A stretch of 58,581 bases of DNA from a virus (taxonomy: Duplodnaviria; Heunggongvirae; Uroviricota; Caudoviricetes), in IMG/VR virus record IMGVR_UViG_3300033993_002218, positions 64,001 to 122,581 of that record. One strand, given 5' to 3'. Position 1 is the stretch's first letter; every line of letters begins with the position of its first letter. Positions 9,925 to 17,000 of this stretch are shown here, in pieces. The notes below the pieces were generated by a model, which was not told where the DNA came from, searched no databases, and saw only the letters and a program-made list of their open reading frames with translations. A program made the position numbers and the translations under genes.

Positions 9925-10196
9925 TACCCGTGAGTGGATTCGAACCACCGCTTGAGAGATTTTCTTACCACTACAACTTTCGTTGCCTTTTCAGTTTGTG
10001 GTCTGGACTATACCTTCACCATACCTTTCGGTTTAGGTGTTCCCCGTCTAGTCTCTACACCTTCATCTTGCGATGCTTGGCTCGGTATTGCCATTTTACA
10101 GGTTTCACCGAATTTGAGGAATTACACTCATAAGGTTTCCCAAATGAGGCTCAATTTTACATAAGTCTCTTGCCTCTTCCGCTGGGCTACACGGGC
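9925..10196 (-). tRNA. trnL(UAA): tRNA-Leu(UAA), intron-containing (exons 10196-10163 and 9963-9925; CCA not encoded)
   Basis: Joined exons give a 73-nt cloverleaf: acceptor GCCCGTG/CACGGGT, anticodon arm AGAGA-CT-TAA-AA-TCTCT, T arm GGTGG-TTCGAAT-CCACT, discriminator A. Confidence 0.92.
9964..10162 (-). ncRNA. Group I self-splicing intron (199 nt, probably IC3) in the tRNA-Leu anticodon
   Basis: Inserted after U34 and ends in G. P1 CUU/GAG; P AAATTCGGTGAAA; Q AATACCGAGC; R GTGTAGAGACTAGA; S AAGGTATAGTCC; P7 GACTA/TAGTC. Same site and motif layout as the cyanobacterial/plastid trnL(UAA) intron. Confidence 0.92.
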
Positions 10197-10208
10197 GTGT
10201 ATAAGACC

Positions 10209-10237
10209 ATTATAACTCAGAAAGTCATAGTGGTCAA
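10209..10237 (-). promoter_or_regulatory. Sigma70-type promoter for tRNA-Leu
   Basis: TTGACC-17 nt-TATAAT, immediately after the 3' end of the CAU tRNA. Confidence 0.7.
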
Positions 10238-10238
10238 G

Positions 10239-10312
10239 TGCAGGTTGTGGGGATCGAACCCACCTTAGCCGAATTATGAGTTCGGTGCTTTCGACCAGAG
10301 AGCTAAACCTGC
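10239..10312 (-). tRNA. tRNA with CAU anticodon (elongator Met or lysidine-modified Ile2)
   Basis: Acceptor GCAGGTT/AACCTGC, anticodon arm CCGAA-CT-CAT-AA-TTCGG, T arm GTGGG-TTCGATC-CCCAC. G1-C72 is paired, so it is not an initiator tRNA. Confidence 0.9.
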
Positions 10313-10314
10313 AT

Positions 10315-10341
10315 TTGCTATTCGCAAATAACGAATAGCAA
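10315..10341. repeat. Inverted repeat filling the inter-tRNA spacer
   Basis: TTGCTATTCG-7 nt-CGAATAGCAA, a perfect 10-bp stem. Confidence 0.8.
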
Positions 10342-10429
10342 TACCAGCCGAGGGTATCGAACCCTCCCAAAGGCCCTAATCTGGGGCAAATCGCTTATAA
10401 GGCGACTCTGAACACCTGTTCTGACTGGC
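10342..10429 (-). tRNA. Non-canonical tRNA with UAU (Ile) anticodon, long variable arm and minimal D arm
   Basis: Acceptor GCCAGTC/GGCTGGT, anticodon arm GTCGC-CT-TAT-AA-GCGAT, extra arm GCCC-CAGATTA-GGGC, T arm GAGGG-TTCGATA-CCCTC, D arm GAAC-AGGT-GTTC; 88 nt. Confidence 0.75.
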
Positions 10430-10444
10430 GTAAAATCCAGATCA

Positions 10445-10473
10445 ATTATAGAGGATCTGGAACTCTCTGTCAA
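10445..10473 (-). promoter_or_regulatory. Consensus sigma70 promoter for the tRNA cluster
   Basis: TTGACA-17 nt-TATAAT. The -10 sits in the loop of TCCAGATC/GATCTGGA (10436-10461). Confidence 0.8.
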
Positions 10474-10640
10474 CAACCTTCTTCGTGGTCTGTATATATT
10501 CGAACAAGGTCATCATCGGCAGGCATCATCACTGCTGCATTTCCATTTTCACCAACAATTCCGATGTGCTCTCCATTTTCGACTCGTTCGATAAGTTCGT
10601 CAAAGCGTTCTTGAAATTCTTCCACGGTAAAAACTTCCAT
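10470..10640 (-). CDS. Small Phd/YefM-like (antitoxin-fold) protein, 56 aa
   Basis: Manual translation: MEVFTVEEFQERFDELIERVENGEHIGIVGENGNAAVMMPADDDLVRIYTDHEEGC. The N-terminus fits the Phd/YefM pattern (F.ELI.RV..GE.I.I...G..A.M.P). Confidence 0.6.
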   Translation of the reverse strand: MEVFTVEEFQERFDELIERVENGEHIGIVGENGNAAVMMPADDDLVRIYTDHEEGC

Positions 10641-10661
10641 TTTTGTTTTTTATTTAGTTTG

Positions 10662-10853
10662 TCAGAATGGATTAGAATAAACTAGATTATCTTCATTTAC
10701 TTGATCACGAACAACTTCAAGAACATTCATAAACTGTTCAATATTTTCACATTCTACCACCTTTTCATTTCCTTCACTAGAGTAGAGATAAAACTTACGA
10801 GCAAGTGTATCAACTACACATTTAGTTAGGAACTCTTCCGTCTTATGGGACAT
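10662..10853 (-). CDS. Conserved cyanophage hypothetical protein
   Basis: 63-aa ORF behind its own consensus promoter. Confidence 0.6.
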   Translation of the reverse strand: MSHKTEEFLTKCVVDTLARKFYLYSSEGNEKVVECENIEQFMNVLEVVRDQVNEDNLVYSNPF

Positions 10854-10878
10854 TTGGGCATTTCTTCGTTACTCAAGC

Positions 10879-10907
10879 ATTATAGGGCATCTGGAGCAGG
10901 GTGTCAA
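10879..10907 (-). promoter_or_regulatory. Consensus sigma70 promoter
   Basis: TTGACA-17 nt-TATAAT; its spacer shares TCCAGAT with the 10445-10473 promoter. Confidence 0.8.
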
Positions 10908-11443
10908 GCAATTCGATTATTTATATTTTTTGTGTACCAAGTTGCCATAGTATATCTTTTTCCACTCAATATTTCCGTTACACCATGAATATGTTTTGCT
11001 CCTGATGTAAAAATCACTAATTTTCCAGGTTTGGGAATGATACTATAATTATAATCTCGGAAATAAGTTTCTCCACCAGTAAAATCATCATTCAAATATA
11101 ATACAGAAGAATAATCACGATTTGAAGAATAATGTGGTTTTTGTGGGTCATCAATCCAAAAATTGTCAGCATGTGCTTCTAGTTTCATTCCAACTCCCCA
11201 ATAAACTAGATTTGTAAATTCGAGGTATATATTTTCTTCCTCATAAAATTTCATACAAATATTAATTATTCTTTGATGAATGATATTTGTTAAATCTTTG
11301 ATACTTTCGCCGTAGGAAGTGACAATTCTACTATCCCAAAATCCTTTAGATGCATCGTTAGGTGAATGACTTTCTTGATAGTTTATCAAGGTTTTACATT
11401 CATCAAGGGTTATAAAATTATCTTGTTCGAATATTTGTTCCAT
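10904..11443 (-). CDS. 2OG-Fe(II) oxygenase (prolyl-4-hydroxylase-like)
   Basis: HAD motif, SSVLYLNDDFTGGET, HGV..ILSGKRY. Confidence 0.85.
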   Translation of the reverse strand: MEQIFEQDNFITLDECKTLINYQESHSPNDASKGFWDSRIVTSYGESIKDLTNIIHQRIINICMKFYEEENIYLEFTNLVYWGVGMKLEAHADNFWIDDPQKPHYSSNRDYSSVLYLNDDFTGGETYFRDYNYSIIPKPGKLVIFTSGAKHIHGVTEILSGKRYTMATWYTKNINNRIA

Positions 11444-11449
11444 AAAAAA

Positions 11450-12046
11450 TTAAGCACTAGTATCGTTCACATAATACCAAGTAACAGCGACTCGTTTTTT
11501 GCCAGATAAAACCTTTTGTCCTGAATGTGGGAAGCACCAATTAGATGGAAAAATTAATCCGTATCCTGGAGAAGGTTTATAAGTCTTATGTGGGAATTCT
11601 GTTCCACCACCTTCAAAATCATCATTTAAATATAAAACAATACTTATGATTCTATGATATTCCTTTGAATTTGGATCATTTGAAGTATCATGATGAAACT
11701 TATATTCTTGATTTGGAGAATATTCTAAGACTTGAATTGATTCTCTATAACAAGTAGTACTATATCCTATAGGGACAGGATAATACTGAAACATAGAATT
11801 AATTGGAATAACTCTTTCTTTATAAACTAAGAGAGATTCATTTATTCTACTGTGCAAAAGTTTAGTTGCTTGATGATCCTCATTCATGGAAGAACCAAAA
11901 CTAGACCTTACTGAAGTATCTGTTCTTAATTTTCCATCAGAATTAAATACTGTATTTTGTTGAAATGGCAATTCATCAACATATGAGTTAACAATTTTCA
12001 GTTCATGTTCATCAAGAACTTTAATAACTTGAATTAAATTATTCAT
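11450..12046 (-). CDS. 2OG-Fe(II) oxygenase (prolyl-4-hydroxylase-like)
   Basis: HHD motif, SIVLYLNDDFEGGGTEF, FPSNWCFPH..VLSGKKR. Confidence 0.85.
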   Translation of the reverse strand: MNNLIQVIKVLDEHELKIVNSYVDELPFQQNTVFNSDGKLRTDTSVRSSFGSSMNEDHQATKLLHSRINESLLVYKERVIPINSMFQYYPVPIGYSTTCYRESIQVLEYSPNQEYKFHHDTSNDPNSKEYHRIISIVLYLNDDFEGGGTEFPHKTYKPSPGYGLIFPSNWCFPHSGQKVLSGKKRVAVTWYYVNDTSA

Positions 12047-12050
12047 TTAA

Positions 12051-12212
12051 TTACCATTTATCAACAGGGCATTTTTGATTAGGAATTCTTACTTTAGCAG
12101 GCATAAAACATCCACATTTTTTACATTGTCTGGTGGGTTTGAAAAAATGCTCACATTGTAGACAGATTTTCATTTTATCAATTGCTTGACGATTTTCAGG
12201 ATTGTTCTGCAT
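12051..12212 (-). CDS. Small Cys-rich protein, 53 aa
   Basis: Manual translation: MQNNPENRQAIDKMKICLQCEHFFKPTRQCKKCGCFMPAKVRIPNQKCPVDKW (CxxC...CxxCxC...CP). Confidence 0.7.
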   Translation of the reverse strand: MQNNPENRQAIDKMKICLQCEHFFKPTRQCKKCGCFMPAKVRIPNQKCPVDKW

Positions 12213-12696
12213 TCAATTCTGCCTCCGCTTGTGCCATTATATCTTCTGGAGTATACATTTCAGACATATTAGATATGTTAGTTATTAATAGATCTGCTGA
12301 AATTTGCGAAGATGAAATATATTCTGAAATTTTTGTATCTAATAAATCTCTAAGTCTAGAATCTCCATGTCTATGAAAATATTCTGATAATGCTAGATTA
12401 ATTGGTGATATAATATTTAATAATAAGGAATTATCTTGAGTATTACTTTGTGGTGTAGACTGATTTTCTACTGGTTGAATATTATCTACTTTCTTAGATT
12501 CTCTTTGATCACCAATTGAAATATCTGGATTTATAATACTTTCTGGTTTTAAGATAAAATCAGGATCATATTTAGATACTGCATCATCAATTTCATCCAA
12601 TGTAGCATTAGGTTTAACTGGAACTATTGCCCAAGAGTTATCTTCAAACTCAACACGAATTTGTCCAGGAAGAATCTCTAAAATTGTATATTTCAT
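12196..12696 (-). CDS. Hypothetical protein
   Basis: 166-aa ORF in the operon with the oxygenases. Confidence 0.55.
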   Translation of the reverse strand: MKYTILEILPGQIRVEFEDNSWAIVPVKPNATLDEIDDAVSKYDPDFILKPESIINPDISIGDQRESKKVDNIQPVENQSTPQSNTQDNSLLLNIISPINLALSEYFHRHGDSRLRDLLDTKISEYISSSQISADLLITNISNMSEMYTPEDIMAQAEAELNAEQS

Positions 12697-12769
12697 AAAA
12701 TTTTATAAAACTTAAATTGTATAGTATATATTATATCACCCTAACAGCATTTTCATTATATTATTTGTT

Positions 12770-13759
12770 CTAAATTGCAAATCCTGCTACTGCTCCTAGA
12801 TTAGTCCAAGTTACAAGTCCACTATTTACAATATAATAACCAGGAAGACCACCAGAACCACCACCACTACCTACAGTATAGTTTCCATTAGATCCGGGAA
12901 ATCCATTACCACCAACTTCTCCCCAATTACCACCTGTTCCACCAGTTCCTCCAGTACCAGCATTAATACCACCACCACCTCCACCAGAACCACCTGTTAA
13001 ATTTTGATTAAATCCTTGTCCTAGACCACCAGCACCACCAGCACCTCCACCAGTGTAACATAATTGGGAAATAAACCTATAACAATTATTACATTTATAA
13101 TACAGAAAGATGGGCTGGATAATGCACAAAGTAGTAGCATTTGGAAACCCAATTGTACAATAACTTCCAGAACCAAATTGTCTACTACAGGATAAATCTG
13201 CACTTCCTTGTGCGCCAGGCCAGACGTTTCCATTTTCGTCAAACAAAATATTAACACAAACATTAGATGCACCTAAATATGCTGTATAGGAGCAATCATA
13301 AACTCCCAGTCCTCCAGTTCCACCAAGCCCACCGGCACCACCACCAGCATAAATGGTTCCTTGATTATCGAAAGTGACTGGAGAACCGGCAAATATAGCA
13401 TTTCCACCATTTCCACCATTTGGAAGACCTCCAGCACCTTGAATGGAACCATAATTCTCAACTCTTAAAGTCCCACCTAATCCAGTTGGTATAGTTAATG
13501 CATAATTAAAAGGAGAAGCACTTGATGATCCGACAATAACTCCAGGATTAATGATAACTCTTTTTTTTATTGATGAAGTCCATGCAGTTATACCAAAGGC
13601 ATTATTGAAGGCAGTTTGTAGATTTAGATCAACAGTTGTGATGGAGATAATTAATAAAAGTTCACTTGCATCTCTTATAAAATTAACATATTTCCATTGT
13701 CCACCTTCACGAATATAAGTATCTACATTAGCCCAAACACCACCTTGCCTTAGTTTCAT
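12770..13759 (-). CDS. gp38-like glycine-rich adhesin (putative receptor-binding tip)
   Basis: N-terminal Trp motifs (RQGGVW, REGGQW), then N.GSIQGAGG, IYAGGGAGG.GG.GG and long glycine-rich segments, as in T2/T6 gp38. Confidence 0.7.
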   Translation of the reverse strand: MKLRQGGVWANVDTYIREGGQWKYVNFIRDASELLLIISITTVDLNLQTAFNNAFGITAWTSSIKKRVIINPGVIVGSSSASPFNYALTIPTGLGGTLRVENYGSIQGAGGLPNGGNGGNAIFAGSPVTFDNQGTIYAGGGAGGLGGTGGLGVYDCSYTAYLGASNVCVNILFDENGNVWPGAQGSADLSCSRQFGSGSYCTIGFPNATTLCIIQPIFLYYKCNNCYRFISQLCYTGGGAGGAGGLGQGFNQNLTGGSGGGGGGINAGTGGTGGTGGNWGEVGGNGFPGSNGNYTVGSGGGSGGLPGYYIVNSGLVTWTNLGAVAGFAI

Positions 13760-13779
13760 AATTTACACCATTTTTCCTA

Positions 13780-14094
13780 CTAAGGTTTTGGATATTTTAT
13801 TTTTACATCATCACATTTTTCAAGATATTCATTCATTTTAGTATTATCACCTCTCTGTGACCAATAATAAGCATCAATAAAATCTTCTTTTGGTGGATAT
13901 TCTGGAGCCCTTAATCTTTGATATTCTTTTAAATCATAATCCACCTTTAATCTTTCTAGTTCAGTAGAAATCTCTTTTTTGGTCGGTTTAGTTTGATTTT
14001 CATCTAACCATTGTATATCCTCATATGTATCTCCAAGTACACTCCAGATTGCACCCGGTCTTAGTGAATTTAATGCAGAAATTATAGTAATCAT
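13780..14094 (-). CDS. Tail-fibre assembly/chaperone-like protein (XkdW-like)
   Basis: ALNSLRPGAIWSV...W.DENQTKPT...YQRLRAPEYP...KIKYPK. Start overlaps the stop of the fibre gene (TAATG). Confidence 0.65.
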   Translation of the reverse strand: MITIISALNSLRPGAIWSVLGDTYEDIQWLDENQTKPTKKEISTELERLKVDYDLKEYQRLRAPEYPPKEDFIDAYYWSQRGDNTKMNEYLEKCDDVKIKYPKP

Positions 14095-17000
14095 TATAGA
14101 ATCTCTATTAATTGAAAAGCTCCCCATCTAAGATATGCAGTACCAGTATTGTAGGTAGCATGATAATATGTATAAGTTATTGGAGAAGTTGTTCCAGGTG
14201 AATCCATATAATTAATAGATAAACCACATATATTATTTCCCCCCGCACTAAATTGGTGTAATGTTGAACCAGGCCAGATTGAAACACCACCTCTAAAAAT
14301 ACTAGTAACGACACCACCATTAACGGCGTCATTTTGAATCCCTCCACTTAATAGAATTAATATTTTACTATTAGCATTAGTGGGAGTAATCGTGGCACTA
14401 AATCCACTAGAAACAAAATTAACCGAAGTAGTTCCTACTAGTGTCTGCGTCTGTGATTGAACAACTTGTACTAGTTTAGTAGTAATCTGAGTATCATACC
14501 AAATATCACCTTCGCAAGCACTTAATGGTGCAGTTGATTGTATATATCTTGCGCCATAAGCATTGCTATTTGAAGCAACCGTAATGGTTGATCCACTTGC
14601 AGATATTGGTGGTGGGCAAGAATATCCAGTTTGTGTTACAGTTATATTGGTAACACCAGGAGGACCAGGAGGACCAGGAACACTTGAAGGATCACCAGGA
14701 GGACCAGGAGGACCAGCAACACTTGAAGGATCACCAGGAGGACCAGGAGGACCAGCAACACTTGAAGGATCACCAGGAGGACCAGGAGGACCAGTAACAC
14801 TAGGACCAGGAGGACCAGGAGGACCTGTTTGTTGGACAAAAGTTAGTGTTGCTTCATTACCAGAAGCTGTGGCAGTAACACCATCGCCAATAAAATTAAT
14901 CGTATTGATTGCCCCTGCGGTTCCTTGAAGATTTCCCTCATCTCTAATAGTAATACCACCAATAGTTCCTGGAACAGCAGATGTTCCTGCTGACAGTGTT
15001 CCACGATTTGGGAAATAATACTTTCCATCGTCACCATTACGAACGCAAATTAATACCCAATTGTAAGGAATATCTACATTAGATGTAAAATCAGAAATTC
15101 TAAAATTATCTGCTAATGAAACATTTCCAGATCCAAGTGGAAGAATGTAATAAAGTGCCTGCCAGTTTGATAATGGAATTCCATCAGTTGTTGCAGTTGC
15201 ATTTGCAGCACCACCAACTCCAGTGATGGTTCCAGACAATGGGCAGGAAATATTAAAATGTCCTTCAGTTGAAAAATTATTTCCTCTACCATTTGAAATA
15301 ACAATAAATCTAGTATCCCATTTAACAAATCCAGATGCGTTTACAGTAATATTTCCACCACCATTAATGTTTACATTTGATCGCAGTGATTCTGATAAAG
15401 TAACAGAATTATCAGAAATATTTCCACTGGTTCCGGAACCATACCAAATACTCAATCTATTTGAAGCATTACCTTTGTAGAGATCTCCTCCGGGATTTAA
15501 GTATAAAGATGATGCTGGTTCCAGTGCCATATTATCACTATTTAAACCTTCACCATCATTTTGAGTTCCTATTCGGAGACATCCATTTTCAGTACTGCTG
15601 GGTGTTATTGCATAAGTATTATTATCATTATCCCAAGTAATATATCCATAATCTCCCCCACCAGTATCTGTACCACCAAAAGATTCTTCACGACCAAAAT
15701 ACATAATTTTGGTCGCATCAAGTTCTATGTCTGCTTTGAATCTAACGGTATTTTCAAATGTTGCTATTCCAGTAACATTTAAATTTGAAGTAAAAGGTCC
15801 ATTAAATGCTGCTGCATAAACAGTTCCTGGAAATCTTGTATCACCAGAACCATCAAGAAGAGATGCTGTTCTTTGTAGAGTTGAGAAAACACCGGTATAT
15901 TGTCTTACATAAATTGGTTCATTTCCATTATCAGAAGTGGCAAGTTCAACATAACCAACATCATCTGCAGTTCCTCCAACAAGAATTCTAAAGTAATCAT
16001 TATTTGCCATCTGACCACGAATCAATTCAGTGGTATTTGTTCCAGTCAGCATTGTATTGGTTAAACGACCAATAAAATCACCAGTAGGAGTTACATTCCC
16101 AATAGCATCTACTCTAAGTGTTGTAGTAAGACCAACAGTTCCTCCATTAACGTTAGATGCACTTAATGTAGAATCTGCAAAGTAAAATCCACCAGCACCA
16201 GCACCTCTTTGATTTATTAACCAAGTTGCTCCATCACCATTAGCCCTATTCCAATGAATATAAGAACCTTGTGTATCAATAGTGGTATATGGTGAAGTAG
16301 TTCTTGGACTCAATATAGTTGCCTTATCAGACTGAGCAACTGTGGCAGCACCAAAATTAATATCAATATTAGAAGCAGCAGTAATTCTACCTTTAGAATC
16401 TACAGTTACAATACCGACTTGAGTAGAAGATCCATAAGTTCCTGCTGTCACACCAGTGGTTGTTAAAATTCCTGCTGCAGTTACATTTGTACTTCCATCA
16501 AAGTTAACATTCCAAGATAAGTCTCCAGTAATTGCTATGTTTCTAGCATTTGCTAATTTGGTTGCCGTATCAGCATTTCCTATAAATTGTCCATTAAAAG
16601 TATTGGAATATACATCTTTCCACCTTAATGAAGGACTACCTAAATCAGTAACGCCATTAGTTGCTGGAGTGATTCCACTACCAACTCTACCATTAAATGT
16701 TATAGTATCTGCTGAAGCATCACCTAAAATTACATTACTATTAAAAGTAGCAATATCTGTTACTACTAACCTATCATCAATAGTAGTGGTTCCTCCAGCA
16801 GAATCAATTGTTAAATTGCCCGTTGTAGTATCAATTTCATTATCACCAGTAATTCCTATTTGAATATTATCAATATAAGCACCACCATTAGCATCAATAT
16901 AGTTAGTGAATGTACTAATACCAGTTACTAGAAGATTTCCTAATGATAATAAATTCGCTGATGGATTATAAGAAATTCCAGCATCAGTATAAACTGATTC

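Noticed and set aside
9930-10370. Tracked ORFs 9930-10133, 9934-10164 and 10128-10370
   Set aside because: They overlie the tRNAs and the intron, and the RNA structures explain the sequence. The intron has no internal endonuclease ORF.
14563-14928. Plus-strand GPGGP ORF and the VLLVLL alternative-frame ORF (14642-14839)
   Set aside because: Antisense and off-frame readings of the collagen repeat.
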